This document shows positions 13,596 to 27,489 of a stretch of 64,000 nucleotides of DNA, piece after piece. The stretch covers positions 105,960,001 to 106,024,000 of the forward strand of contig NC_087437.1 in assembly GCF_036321535.1 (NCBI RefSeq), written 5' to 3'. Origin of the DNA: Camelus dromedarius. Taxonomy: Eukaryota. Below the pieces are notes generated by a model. That model was not told the origin of the DNA. It was given only the letters and a program-made list of their open reading frames with translations, and did no database searches. Made by a program: the position numbers and the translations under genes. Each line of letters opens with the position of its first letter. The first letter of the stretch is position 1.

Positions 13596-13830
13596 ATAGG
13601 CTCCGATTTCAGACAAATCTTGGAATCCTTTCTATCAATTATTAATGATGTGATTTTTGGTAAGTGAATTAACTTCTCTTGCACTCTATTTCTTAACTTG
13701 CAAAATGAGGATAATAATGATCCTTAATTCAAAGCATTGTTTGAGAGCTAAATGAAAATATAAGTAAAATGCTGCAGAAATGTTTGGCATATAGTGTATG
13801 TGCAGTAAATGTAGCCGTTATTATTACCGT
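13596..13830 (+). mobile_element. MIR SINE (its 5' part lies at about 12890-12920, split off by L1 insertions)
   Basis: ggtaagtgaattaacttctct...tgcaaaatgaggataataat...tggcatatagt...taaatgtagccgttattatt. Confidence 0.75.
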
Positions 13831-16110
13831 TGTTAATTACCATAATCATTATTATAATAATAGTCAAAGGCCAGAGTATGAATTTCAATATGACTGGTAG
13901 GAAACAGGAGAAAATTGATGTGTCAAGAAGTGGCTCAGAAAAACAGATATGAGAATAATGGAGATAGAAACAGAAAACAGAAGGAAAAAAAAACTACAAT
14001 GTCATGGGTTATATAACCCAAGATTATTCCAATTTAAAAGTGTCAGTTACATTTCTTAGGTTCCCACTCTGAGGCCAAAACATACCCATGGACTCTTGAG
14101 ACAGTGGATCTAATTGGATTAGATCAGAGTCACAGAAGGGGCCTCTTCTCTCCTTCAATTCCATCCAAAATTTGAGATGGAAGGGGTTAGAATCAAGAAT
14201 TGTGTTTTCTATGAATTATAGTCAGAGAAATAAGAACCACTAAAAAAAGTGGTCATGGATTAAGAAGGCCTTCTGGCCAAAAGACTACTCAGAGTAGAAA
14301 AAAGAATAATAATACAAAAAGAAAAAATTGTTGAAGTTGAAGATAGTGTAAAACAAAAGCAAACTAGGAAACTATGGTGGGGACAGAAGGAGTTCACAGA
14401 GTACCCAGTATACTCTTTTGTTGCTTGAAGAATTTTTAAAAAGCATGTTGCACGGGAGAAGAGGGGAGCATTAAAGTCAAGAGTTTAAAAGCCCAAGTTC
14501 CCTGAGATTGTGGTGACAGGTAGTGCCCTGCCTGATGGGGTTACAGGCTGGGGAGCGTCTTGTGCATATCACTTCTATTTAGTTCACAAAGAATTCCCAA
14601 TAACAACCAAGGGTGAAATAAACAGACACAAAGACCATCTTCTTAGAGACTTCCTCATCATATTTCCTAGCCATTCATCCTGTGCAGTCTGCTTCAAATT
14701 TGGAAGGTCTTCAAGAGTATAAATAATGAGGAAGCCAAATAGTGTGGCTTCCTCTCAACACCCAAACCCTCCCTTAGACTCCAAATATTCAGAAATGGGC
14801 TGACACAGCTTCTGAAGTTGCCTGTTCCTGCTGCTTTCGTATCTCTTCTATGGTATGCTTTTTTACTTCTCACCTCTGATGTGTTGTTTTTATTCACAAA
14901 CCTACTACCTGCTTAAAAAAAAAATGAGTGTACATTCCCAAAGTAGATTCAACTAAAGATATACTGACTACATGCGGTATGCCAGGCACTGGACTTGTAG
15001 CTCAAGGTCCCCTACAAGAAGAAGGCTCTCAACATCTCAGACGAGCCAGCAACTTCTGACTTCACAGCTTCAAAGGCCTTCTGAAGCTAAACTCTGAAAA
15101 TCTGCCAGGAGCCTGGGGCAGTACTTGATTCAGACCATGCACTTCCCCTGAATTAAGAGGGCTTTTTTTTCAAGCTTGAGAACAGTACTTGCCAGGCTAT
15201 CTACAAGCTAGTAGTCAAGTGAACTCTGGGCCCCAGTGAATCATGGGGGAATCATAGAAGGTTCTAGCCTATTAGCTACATGAACTATTTCAGGTGCTGA
15301 AACCACAAGGAATATGTGGCAAACTTAGCCTCAAAAAGCAAATGCATTTAACCGGGAATGCCAAAAGCAAACTATCTCACTTGGAGAACGCTGCTCTTGA
15401 AAACTCTATAGACTGACTCTAGTCACACAATCCAGCAGTGAGTGACTCAGTCACATAGTAATAACCAGTGCCTTGAATTTGTAAAGCTTTTCATAATGAC
15501 TCCTTTTCCCATATCTCATTTGAGTCTCTTTCCTTGAGATGACATTTGAGCAATGCAACTTTCCTTAAACTTCCAAATTCGTGATTTTCTTATCTAACTC
15601 TCAAACCAACCTGGAATTTTTTTTTTTAATATAACAACCAAACAAAGAAATGAACTGGTTATGGTCAATTCAATTCAAAGTTGCTAGCATTAGTTTGTTC
15701 CTGAAGGCAAGATTGGTGGTAATTTGCTTCATGCTAGATTTTACTTCAATAAAACAGGATGACAAGCAGTTATATTTACTATGTGAGCAGAAAGAAACAA
15801 GATCATATGACCTTCTGAAAATTATAATTATGCTAATTAGTGATGCTCTAGTGGAGTGAAAAAGATTCTCTCTGCATGTGCCTTTTAGAGACAAGGTTTT
15901 ATCCATTTGCAACTAAAAATTCAAAGGATTTATATTTCAAGCTGTCTTATATTTTAGTCCAAAATTCTTTTCAACATCACTGTTATGTTTGAAAATAAGA
16001 AACATGTTACATCAACTATCCTATGTTTAACAACACTAAGAAGCAGAGAATTGTTGAAATCTTGGACAAAGATCACGTTCAATTTAAAACGGTCAGCTAC
16101 TGGGTGAAGG

Positions 16111-16260
16111 ATGGTGCTCTCCAAGCACGTGCTGAGAGCCCTCAATATGATGAGTGGTTCGGACAGGGCTTTAAACCACTTTATGTCTACCACGGAGTTT
16201 GTAAACATCTACGGACTGGCAGCTGAACTTGGAAATAGTTTGTATGAAAACACAACCCTG
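16111..16260 (+). CDS. Candidate start-codon-containing exon of an unidentified product (MVLSKHVLRALNMMSGSDRALNHFMSTTEFVNIYGLAAELGNSLYENTTL)
   Basis: Strong Kozak context aggATGG, 50 open codons, then phase-0 donor CTG|GTAAGT; six CpGs in 16070-16215; possible acceptor ttatattttag at 15957; no homology recognised. Confidence 0.25.
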
Positions 16261-17219
16261 GTAAGTTGGACAGGTTTGGAAGCTTTGGAAGCAAAAATGA
16301 ATCAAATGGAATAATTATGGAGATAACATGCTCTTATCTCCCACTGCCAACCAAAAACAAATTTATAAATTGTAAGACTAAATGTCAAGGTGATAAATTC
16401 TGATTGTTAAGGTAGTGGTTATCTCCCCCCTGCATGTAGCTTTTCATAAAACAAGGAGCAGTGGATGTGAGTGAGAAATGTGGACAGTAGATGAAGAAAA
16501 GGCCCCCAGCAGAAGGGGTTGCTCCTGGTGGAATGATACCTAAAAAGAAACTGTGAAAACAATACCATTGTGAATGCTTAAAACATATTTTTCTTTCTCA
16601 TTCTCTTCTCCCCATTCCCACTGCCTCCCACTCCCACCTCTCTGCCAACATCTTTATCAGCTTTTGTTTTCACTTTATGTAACAAAAGCCAGGGAAGAAT
16701 AGTGGAAGGGACTACGTAAATGCAAAAATGTCTGTTTTGACCAGAGGTGATGACATTACCGCCTACGTTCCAACTGGATCTGATTCAAAAGGCAAGAGAG
16801 CAAGGGGAGAAATGAGTTTAATTGAAATATAAAATGAGGAGAGAATATAAATTGCATCTTTTCTTTTCAACAGGAGCTGAATTTGCATTTAAAAAAATTT
16901 TTTTCAAGCTAGTATTTCAGCAAACAAGCTGTTTCTGGCTTTACCCAGCCATCATGAAAAGCAATACGGAGCAGAAGGAAATATGGTAGATTAGAAAATG
17001 TTTACAGTCCAAAGGCACATTCTGAAACTACCATTATGTAGATGTACTTAACCTGGAGCTAAGAATTCTAAATTCTCCTCTCTACTTTAGCACTAACATT
17101 GACTCAGAATCTTCTACAATGCTAACCTATTTTCTTGTTTACAAGTTAACCATCCTGTAAAGTACCATTAACTCTGACAGGTCACGAATAAAGAACAGTG
17201 TTTTTTCCATCACCCTCTT

Positions 17220-17375
17220 AAGAGGCAGTGGTTTAGACGTCTTATATTGGCATCAGGGATATTTATGCTTTCACTTTGGTCCTATTATTCACTATCTGTA
17301 TGGTCTTAGACATAGCTGTCCCTCGGGTCTTCATTTGTAAAATTAAGAACATTGTTATAAGGACTTAATTATATA
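17220..17375 (+). mobile_element. MIR fragment
   Basis: tcttcatttgtaaaat core with gttataaggacttaa. Confidence 0.45.
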
Positions 17376-17394
17376 TGATTCATTTTTAAATTGG

Positions 17395-17709
17395 TGAATT
17401 CCTTCTGCATACTTTTCTATGCACTGGAAAAAAAATGCAGTGATCAAAATGATATACAAGTCTTTATCCTATCAGCATAAATTCTAATAAAGACATAAAC
17501 AAGAGAATCTTCAGGATTTGATATGTATTATGAGTGAAATAAAAGAAATGATGTGTAAATGAGTGACTAGTGAAGGGGACACTGTAGATGACATGCTCAG
17601 AGAAGGGATCTAGAAGGAAGTGACAATTGATACTGATGCAAATGGACTGAGGAAGCACTAGAAGGGAGGCATTCCAAGCATGTGGATCCACAGGTAAAAA
17701 GGCTCTAGG
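17395..17709 (-). mobile_element. L2 3' fragment, interrupted by an LTR and resuming at about 18214-18330
   Basis: gaaggaagtgaca...ggaggcattccaagc...aaaaggctctagg, typical of reverse-strand L2. Confidence 0.55.
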
Positions 17710-18213
17710 TGTCAACTGAAAATAGCACACAAAAGTTGAGAATTATGTTTTATTAAGCGGATTTCTTGAGGACTTCAAGCCCCAGGAGACAGCCTCTCAG
17801 ACAGTTCTAAAGGACTGCTCGAAAGGGGTAAGGGAGGAGTCAGGATGTACAAGAGTTTTTGCAACAAAGACCCAGGTAGTTGGAACATCAAAAGATTAGT
17901 GTTAATTAAAGAAAACCAGATATCTCAAGTTAAGGAATTTAGCGCTTTTCTATGTATGAAAAGATGCAAGGGTCTGGGCTCATTGAAATCATTAGTTTGA
18001 TGAGCACCTTAGCTATCTAGGGCCAGCATCCCATCCTGAGCCCCCTCAGGGTGCACCACTTGATGGGGGGGGGGGGGAGCTGAAGTGGCTGAGGGCTTGC
18101 GTTTGTCTCCATTCTGAGTTCCCTTAGGGTTTGCTGTCAGGGGCAGCTATAATGACTTGATGGCTGCAACATCCTTTGTTTACTGATATGGCAGGGAACA
18201 CTTTTCATTCACA
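17710..18213 (-). mobile_element. ERV1 solo LTR, MER41-like (laurasiatherian type)
   Basis: TG...CA termini (tgtcaact...ttcaca), 504 bp, imperfect 4-bp TSD tagg/aagg, minus-strand AATAAA near 17750, aaagaaaaccagatatctcaagttaaggaatttagcgcttttctatgtatg segment. Confidence 0.8.
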
Positions 18214-18349
18214 AAGGGGTTCTAGGAGCTGGTGCTGTAGAAAAAAATATGAGGACCAGAGCAAAGTAAGTGATAAAACAAATAGTAGGTAAAGAGATCA
18301 AGAGATCCAAGAGCTAGGTAATGATGGGCTGGGTGTAAACTATGCTTGG

Positions 18350-18842
18350 AAATGATACAGGATGCCTTCCATTTGCCTCCTCAAGTCCCTTCTCCACCCT
18401 CCTGCATCCTGCTTTGTGCCCAGAATGCTCACTTCCATTCCAATAAAAGGATACGGTTCAGTTGGTTTCAGCCAGTAGCAAGAGCTCAGAAGGCTGGAGG
18501 AGAGTGGGTGAGGGCTGTTGATTCTCCCAGCTGCTTTCCTATTAAATCCCTAATAGTTCACTGTACTTTTCTATAAAAGCTACAGACCCCTTTAGTTGTC
18601 CCTTTCCATCCCACCACCCTCTTCAGATTCCTGTAAACTGCTCTCTCCCCTTGTACTTTCAAGCCTTGGGGTGGGAACAGCCTCCCTCCTTTGCTAGCCC
18701 CAGGGTTTCGCACTATGTGGTACAGTGCCAATCGTCTTCCCTAAACCCTGCCTACAGATGTGTAAATAGCACTTTTATAAAGTGTCTTCAAATTACTCAG
18801 ATGCATGTGCCAGCTCCTTCTTGCCAAGACCCTGACTGATAA
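18350..18842 (+). mobile_element. LTR33-like ERVL LTR
   Basis: 3' end ccctaaaccctgcctacagatgtgtaaatagc...caaattactc...gaccctgactgata. Confidence 0.7.
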
Positions 18843-21800
18843 GTAGAATGGAGTATGGATTTGTGGTTTAATTCTAAAGGATATAATATGTGCAAAATGA
18901 CTCACAGTGTACACAGTCAGTGCTTTGTATATGCTTATCCTCGTTATGATCATCTTGTTTACGAAAAATGGCTGGCTTAGCAATATATTTGAATATTGCA
19001 TTAACAATATCAGAGTTGCATTGAATCACATTCTCTCTTGTTCTTTTGGCCAGTTCCCAACAGTGGCCAGGCTAGGAGGTTGATTTGTGACAACGAGACA
19101 GCACAATTTGAATATGTTCAAAAAGAATGCTTGGTTCTCAGCTTCATCCTCTTCATGTGAAAATGCAGAATGATGTATTGCGGGTATATCAATGACGTTA
19201 AGTGAGGCACTCTGAATAGATTAAGAAAAGGGGTAATTCTGTGTTCAAAATGTGAGAAGATGAATGGAACATAACGGTGTAAAATTAGTTTGGTCCCATA
19301 AGTAACCTGATAAATTATATAAACAGAAAAGGGGCAGCAATTAACTGCAAAACTGGAAGGTATTCACCAAAAAAAAAAAAGGCAAGTAGAATGGTTGAAT
19401 TTATCAAACCTAAAGGATTGCTTGCAATAAAGCATTAGATTCTTGTTTCTTCTCCTAAAAAGAGGTATATTGAAATTTGTAAGACAAAACATCAGATCTG
19501 AATATACACTGCTCATCTGATACATCCATGATGTTTCTCCCAAGACTACTTAGATACAATTTCTGGTTCTTCCATTGTAAGACATTAATAGGAAGACATC
19601 AAATCAAAGCTGAGGCTTTGTATAAACGTAGATTACATGTGTCTACTACTCTCTAAGGCTTTAGCAATTCCTTCTCATCAGATTGCCTCCAAGATTACAA
19701 ATTTCAAGTTTACATGGGAACTGCAGCAAAGGTTTGAGCAGGACTCTGGTGATTTTTGATCAGTAGAAACAGTCTGTACTGAAACACTTATCTCAAGTCT
19801 CACTCTTCATTCTACATGATTCCTGGTCATTAATTTGTAGTTATTTTGCTCATGATTACAGAAAAATTATCAGCTGATGAACTGGAAGCTTATCAACATT
19901 CCTTGGAATTGACCATGATAATGGAAACTTTAATAATGCTCATCAAATTGAATTATTATTTAGTCCAAAATAAATACAGTGCAAAGTACATAGTTTAAAA
20001 TTATGTAGTAGAATTGAACTGTGTACAGTTTTTTACTAAGACCCCAGATTCAAGCCTGGTCATTATTCCTCCTTACCTTAAGGGAAGAATATTTCTGTTT
20101 ATAAAATGAAAAGTTTCTTTTGGCAACGATTTCAGTGAAGCCAGGGAGCAAGATCATCAGAATCTCATGTCAAAGCCTAAGGATCAGAAGAGAACTTCCA
20201 GAGGATGAAGTGTAGCTGGTTTAAGTAACATTGGGAAGAGAAATAAGCTTTAAATTACCTCCTCCATCCAGAGGCTCAATGTAGACACAAAGTTTCCAAT
20301 AAAGTACTTTGTTTTATTCCAGAACTGTAATCAATGATGATTGGAGTTCTGGAGCAAAAAAAAAAAAAAAAAAAAAACAACCTCTCTCTTCTCATTTCTG
20401 CCAAAAGCTGGTAGGAAAAAAACATGTTTATAAAAATTCCTTCTTTAGGCTAATGACTGGCTGGTCTTCACTCTCAGTCTTATAACTAATTCACTTTTTA
20501 TGTATTTATTTTATTCAGCAGAATAAATAAGTAGAATGTCTATTAAGTACTGAGATAATTCTAAACAAAAGGCTAGGGTAGTTTGTTAAACAGACACGAT
20601 CTTGCCATGAAGAGTGTTAATAACTTCAAACTAGTGTAGGGTATTAGCAGAAGCATCAGCCTATAGGTAGAATTAATTTAATATTTTATAAAGATCCAAA
20701 TAAAGGTACTAATTTAATATTCACAAGCTAAACAATGCAATCATTATTTTACAGTTACATCAGGATTCTGCAGAAAAGACGGGAAAAAAAAAAATGAAGC
20801 ATCACCCTTACCATACTTTTATTTAACCTAGTATTTATACTAAGTGTAAAGAAGACCATTAAAGCAAAATGAACAGAGGATGCCATGATGCTAATATCAG
20901 GCTTGACCTATTGTAAAATTTGTCTTCCCTGGAAGGATAAATCAATAGCAGCCGCAGGGAGAGACGCTCCATTTATAGAAAAGGAATTTGACAAGAGTAT
21001 TTTTTCTGAGCAAGGTCAGTTATAGACATGCATTGCTTGCAGCAGATAAGCTTATATCATGTCTCTCCTAAAATGTACTAAATGTAAACCCTTTGTGTTC
21101 TTTTTTAAACACTTTCTAAAGGACTTGCATTCTCTAACTCTTAAAAATCTACTTCATCTATTTTCAAGGCACTTACAGCACTTAGGGTTAATTTTTCAGC
21201 AAATGACAATCCTTAATGACCCACTTTCTAAATGGAAAGTTGGAAAACAAAACTCCCAACAAATCCTCAAGTACAAAAGCAGTGACACTTCTAAAGTAAG
21301 CTCCGTTCAGCTCCAGGGTATCCTTAATACTCACAGATCCCGTTGGCAGATGGACTTCACAACTATGCTTTAATCTGCTTAAGGTCTGGTTCTCACATCT
21401 TCCACTGTTCCTTTTGATAAGAGGAAATAAGCTTATGGAGACAGTGCTGTCCCTGAGATTGTAAATTAAGGAGTTACTAATCGAAAGGAGAAGATAAAGA
21501 AGGGATGTGCCATTGGCAATGGTTTTAAATAGCAGTTCTTGCTCTCCAACTCTGAGTCAGAGGTTGAGTATCAGGAAAAAGAAGTAAGAGAATGTTCAAA
21601 TTCTTCATTCCAGGAGGTGTGGGGTAACTGAGCTGCTTCTCCGACCTCTGTCTAATGCCAGCCAGAGCAGAGTGTCTTCAGACACAGCCCTCTGCCCTCT
21701 CTTAGATCCATTTTCCCTCTCGCATTAGTGTCCACCCCAGTCTCACCTTTGATCATTGCCTCCTTAACTCTCTTAGGGTTTCCAATCCGATTAGTATATG

Positions 21801-22592
21801 TTGATTGCAAATGTTTTATACACTGGAAAGCACTGCCATTAGCAAAAACAAAAGTCACATTTACGTTAAAGGATATATAACAGTTTTATAAATATGAGTG
21901 CACTTTTGAAATAAATTTAATGAACATTTTAATACAGCAATGTTTTATTTTTTTAAATCAAATTTTATTTTGAAAATAATGTGAATAGTCATCTTTAAAA
22001 TCATTGTCACATTCAAATCAAAACATCATAATGTGCTAAAACGTGTTGTTCCAAATTTCTTACTCTTCTGTGCATCATTACAATCTTAAAAAAAATTATC
22101 AGAGAAACAAGCTTTTTTTTATGTTCCTATGTAACATGTGGGGCTTTCTGTGGTAACTGAAATTAATTTAAATCAAAAATAGGTAAATAGGGATATTTAA
22201 ATAGGAAAAAGCCCAGAAAGCCACAGAAACTCAGCACTGACCCAGAAGGCATGAAAGTCCTTCTGTAGGAGCAGTGTGCTGTGTCCGATATTGTCCCAGT
22301 CTGTGCAAATCTCGGCTTTGAAAAGTCATGTCAGCTTCTTGGTGCAAATGAATAATCCACTTTGACAAATAGCACAGGTGATTTGAATATAGCGCACTCC
22401 ACTGATAACAGCGGAAGACGACCTTTTGGCAAGCAGTGAGTGTGGCTATTTAGGAACTCTACACATATTCAATCTCCTTTTCTTTTTTTTTACATATATG
22501 TACCAGAGTCTGAAGTGAATTTTTTAATAGCATTAAGTTTTTGGTTTCACTTCCCTGATATTTATTAAATTCCCACTGAGTGCCTTGGATTT

Positions 22593-22757
22593 TGCTGTAC
22601 TATCCAACAGAATAGCTACTAGCCACACGTGGCCCTTTAAACTTACATTTATATTAATTAAGCTGCCCATTAGTGACACGTGACCTGTGGCTTCTTTACC
22701 GAACAGCAGAAATAGGACATCACCATCATCACAGATGTTCTATTGGACAGGGCTGCT
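22593..22757. mobile_element. MER3-like hAT-Charlie MITE
   Basis: tagctactagccacacgtggc...catcatcacagatgttctattggacag. Confidence 0.65.
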
Positions 22758-22819
22758 CGACAGTCTTGCTACTGAAAAAAACATAATCCAAGTTTCAGTT
22801 ACATCAGCCTAACCTGGGT

Positions 22820-23038
22820 GTGTACAAAAATCTTATTACAATTGTTAAAACAAAGTATCAGGTGATTTGTATTCATACTGAAGTTTCAGACATGATGCTT
22901 TCAACTGAGCATCAAGTTAAAATGCAGATTCTGATTCAGAAAGTCCAGAATAGGACCCAAGATTCTGTATTTCTAACAAGTGCCCAGATGACATCAATGC
23001 TGTTGGTCGATGGATCACACTTTGAGTAGCAAGGATCT
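22820..23038. mobile_element. MER5A/MER5A1-like MITE fragments
   Basis: aaaatgcagattctgattcag...ttctgtatttctaacaag...cacactttgagtagcaagg. Confidence 0.7.
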
Positions 23039-24010
23039 AGGGGAAATTAAAATAATGTGAGAACAGGCTTTTGACCTCCGAGAACACACCTACTTTGAAA
23101 AGGATAATATTTAAACATACTAGTCATTGATACAATAAAGAATTTAGAAGAGATTATTGATTTGGAAGAGGATATTATGAAGCCAGTTTTATAGGTAGTA
23201 AACAAACGTTGCTATGTTTTTTCACCATTGTGATAACCATTAGTGACAATCCAGACACTAAAACAGAAGCACAAAAAGCATTATGGTGGACACTCAGTCT
23301 GTGAAAATAGATCAGTTTTCTGAGCAAGAAATGAGGAGATAGGAACTAGGAAAAATTCAAAGTTTTTGTTTTAGGAAACATTCACAATTAAGATGGGCAA
23401 GAGTGGCAGGAAACTGCAGAGCTTCAGAAGGTAAAGAAGAGTTACTCACAGTAGGTAGATCACCATTTACAAAGAATGAAATCTCAAACTACTAGTATTC
23501 TAAGCTTGAAACTCAATTGCCTAAAAAAAAAGAACAAAAATACAAAATATATTGATACTTTCCAGGGGCCTAAATTACCATAAAAATATAGACAAGTGGG
23601 GAAATCTTTCCCAGCTACCACTCTTAGATTTCCAAGCTTCTTTTTGGGAAACCATCCAAAAAGTCATGCTTCCACAGCTAGCATCGGTAGCCACCTTCCT
23701 GAAGAAAGTGCAGAAATCCATGATGTTTTACAAAATTTTCCTACACAAAGTCTACTGCCTTGAAAGTGCTTAGGTATTTAAACTGAAACTGCCTGACTCA
23801 TGAGACCTGTATGCCAAGAACAGTTAGAACAAAGTGGAATTTGGAGGAAGGGGTGACATTAGGGTAGAAAAAAATTTTTGAGTGCATCTTCACATATAAG
23901 TGCAGAGCTAAGACCATCGTGTTTCCTAAGATACTTCTACTAAGTTAAGATGCCTTCTCAAACAGTAGCCTGGACACCAGGGAGAAGGTCTGGCTCTAGT
24001 ATGACATCGT

Positions 24011-24055
24011 CATCACCATCACCATCACCATCACCACCATCACCATCACCATCAC
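24011..24055 (+). repeat. (CATCAC)n / CAY triplet simple repeat
   Basis: 15 consecutive CAY triplets. Confidence 0.9.
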
Positions 24056-26149
24056 TCTGTCTGCTCCAGAATATGTGCTGATGCTTGATAATGGATTATT
24101 TCATGGCTCTGAAAGGCAATAGGTTGAAAATCTGTTTCATTCCTATTCTCATTGCAAACTCAGACTACAATCATTAAAGCCTCTACATGAGTAAAAGAGT
24201 AAATTTTTAAGAGACAAAATTCTAACTTCAATTTGTTTTGATTCACCGAGTATAGTTAAACCCAATAATGCAATCTAATTAATGTTGTGGTTTGACCTGT
24301 AATGAAACAAAAATGATTATAAATATTAATATTATCTCTTATCACCATCAGCAGCCTCATACTACTAAAAAGGGAAAGCTATTTTGAGGGGTGATTTAAG
24401 GGCATGAAATGTTTGATCCCCTGAAGTTGATTTTAGTTAATGCTGTTCAAAAGAAAGTGAAAGAATTAAGCAAATGTGTTAGAATACATGAAAAACACTC
24501 CTTTTTTTGGAAACACTCCTTTGAGAACCTCTTACTCTGATGGAGAAAGTTTGTTTTATAAACAATATTATTGAATTATTTTACTTTAAAAAGCCTTTTA
24601 AGCTTTTTCCCTAATAATTTTATCCTCCTCTCATGTAATAGACTTAAAACAACTAAATAGCAACACTGATTCTGCCTGCTGGGCTAATCTCACCACCAGT
24701 AACAGAAATGTCTTTGAAGTAGAGCTTTGTGTAATAAGCAGAAGGAAAAAAATGTAAGGGTGGGAGTATTTGGACAATATTCAACAAGAAGTTGATATTT
24801 TTTTCTTTCCTGGGAGCAAGAAGAGTTATACAATCCAGCCATCACCAAAGACAGAAGTTCTCCAAGGAATTCAAAGAGAATGAGACACAGAAATCCCAAA
24901 GACTCTGCTCTACATAAATTTGTGCAGTAGCAATAGGCAAAGAAATAGCAAAACTGGGAGTTCTTGGATTCACAGTTGATAGATTCCAAATAGTTAAAGA
25001 AGAAAGAATCCATTTAATATGGCTTTGAACAATAACACACAGAAAACTGAGACTCAGCGCTAGTTTTGGTCTTAGATGATGACCCAACCATGATGGGACT
25101 CATAAGGGAATATTGTGGAACAAAAACAGAAAAGACTCTGACACACACACAGTCAAAGGAGTTTAGGACAAAGACAGAGATAACAAAGTAAATTCCCCTG
25201 TTTCACAAGTCTTCCACCTCTCAGATTTTCAGTGGAATAACCAAAGAAATAAAAAGAGATAGGGACAAATGTGTGTCATCCCAAGAGGTTAAAAAAAAGA
25301 AGAAAAAGAAGAAAGATGGTGTACACAGGCCAGAAACATCAGGAATCTCCACTGTACAGACTTTTGACAAGACAATCTGAAGACAAGGACCAAGCTGAGG
25401 GGTAACAAATGCAAAAATTAAGCCACCCTGGGAAGTAATCCAGCCTAATTCAGAGTGACAGGTCAGGCACCGAGTGGTAAATTACAATCTCAAAAGAGAC
25501 TTGGGGAAAATATAGTAAGTGTTGGCACACAAAGCAATGTGCTACAGTGATTCTTCCAAACTTGTATTTGATGCAGAGAAATGGCTGGCCACACGGGGCA
25601 TGGAAGTACCACAACATGGTGGTGAGAGTTTGACTTTCCTGGAGTCAATTTTGGCCAACCACTGCCCACGCTTGAAAATCCCACAGGGATGAAACTCTCC
25701 ACGTTGCAGGTCCCTCTGGTGGGAGCTTTCTGCCTCTCCTCACAGACAACTTCAATCCTGTTATGGAAAAGAATAGACCAAACATATACACTTTCTTTGT
25801 CTCTGAATCCAAAAGTTTTAAATAGGGTTCCATATAACCTCGACAAGAACCGTTTCACCTCTCAATAGTAGGCAAACCTATATCTTCTGTAAGGATGACC
25901 AGACAGAAAAATAAAATGTGTTTTAATATATGTTTAACTATCTGTAAATTTGTTTATGAGCATGCAGACTTCTCTGAAATATCAGGGCTCATTTTCACCT
26001 ATGAAACAGCCTTATTGGTAGAAACAGAAGAAAACTTTGAAAACCTCTCATTTTTATTGTCCATGAAATTTGAGGGGGCAGCACATAAAACAGAATAGTC
26101 TGAGACGAGGAGAAGTTGCTTCCAGATGGAAATTAGGTTTTCATATATT

Positions 26150-26820
26150 AATCAATGGAGGCGGTGAGCAGCAGATGTGTTGCTACAGAAAGTAAGATAC
26201 AGCTTAGCTAACCCCAAGAAATATAGGACATAGAAGAAGATAGCCAAGGGGCCAAAACACTAAGTGAAAAGATAGTGGGAAGATGGAAAATTGATTCAGG
26301 AGTTCCCCTAGGTTCTTTATAAAAATTCCAAATGCAGCAATCTGATGGAGAAAAGCCATCTGTATAGAAAGGAGAGGCAGCAAAGAAAACAGAAATGAAG
26401 GGATCTTAGGCCACTGAGCTGAAAGCAGCTGAGACTTTAAATCGAGAATGGCTACCTGGAAACTTGGTAAAATTAATGTGAAGAAAAGACGGAAATGAGT
26501 CTTGGTAATTACAGGAATAAAGAAAAAAGGAAAACACTAAAACTGTCCCGGCAGAAAACCAGGCAACATCCAAAAAGAGAAAACCATCTCAATGTCATCA
26601 TTCTCCCTCACAATTCCCTATTTCAAAAGCAAACTGTTCAACACCTTTAAAGTTAAGATGACTATCGATTTGGGCCCAAGAAATCTATGTCCAGCCAAGC
26701 TATCGATCATGTTTGGAGGCAACAAAGATATTCTCATATCCAAGAACTTAGAAAGTGTTCCCCGCATGTATTATTTTTCTCAAAAGAGATGTTAGAGCAA
26801 ACCCTGAAATAAATCCAAAT
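26150..26820 (+). mobile_element. Very old L1 ORF1/HAL1-like remnant
   Basis: A-rich; ccaagaaatctatgtccagccaagctatcgatcat resembles the PRILYPAKLS region of ORF1 (ORF track gives PRNLCPAKLS). Confidence 0.5.
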
Positions 26821-26957
26821 AAAAGGGTATTTGGTGACAATATCATCTGTAATTATTAGAATTATTGCCTGAATAATCATCAATGTTGTCATATAAAAGC
26901 AGCAATAGATAATTCTCTAAAATAGCATGATTCAACATAAAAAAGAGTGTGTAGAGC

Positions 26958-27040
26958 TAGGAAGAAGGAAAAAGGAGAGAGAGAGAAAGAAAAGAAAGAG
27001 GGAAGAAAGGGAAAGAGAAAGAAAGGTAGAAAGGAAAGAA
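26958..27040 (+). repeat. GA-rich purine low-complexity tract
   Basis: Nearly pure A/G run. Confidence 0.85.
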
Positions 27041-27489
27041 TACATATTCTCTTATATTAAACAAGAGACTCTTCAGTCTGTGGTTAATTAGTTTAAAAAT
27101 AGATTCTAGTACATTTTTATTTAGTTTTATGGTAATAAAAAATCATTAGACTATCTAGATCATTACAAAAGTAGCAAGAAAAATTAAGTAATACATTAGT
27201 ATATGGAGAAGATATGGTCATTAGAGATAAAAGAAAATGCTTTTCTAGAAATGCATAGGGAAAACCTTCAGAAACAAATACTTTGGGAAGCAAAGATTGG
27301 GAGATTCACCCTACAGCCACGTTATAATCATTTCTGTACTTCTTTGTGAATTTTTGCCTTAAACTGTGATTAAGTGCATAGTCTAATACACCAACTCTGT
27401 TTAATTACATAGCGTTGGTGTAGTAATTCTCAGTAAATCTCCCACAGTCAAAGGTGGCTGTCCACTCAACATTAATTTCTTTATTCTCA

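Noticed and set aside
15410..15460. AP-1 motif TGACTCA and other scattered copies
   Set aside because: A 7-mer is expected several times by chance in this length; no supporting cluster
17710..18213. MER41-like LTR as an interferon-inducible STAT1 enhancer
   Set aside because: I found no intact TTCNNNGAA motif in this copy
19165..19220. C/D snoRNA-like ATGATGT...CTGA
   Set aside because: Too short, imperfect C box and no terminal stem
24001..24060. Poly-His or (SP)n-looking coding stretch
   Set aside because: Simple (CATCAC)n repeat; the ATG frame stops within about 30 codons and no convincing exon boundaries are present
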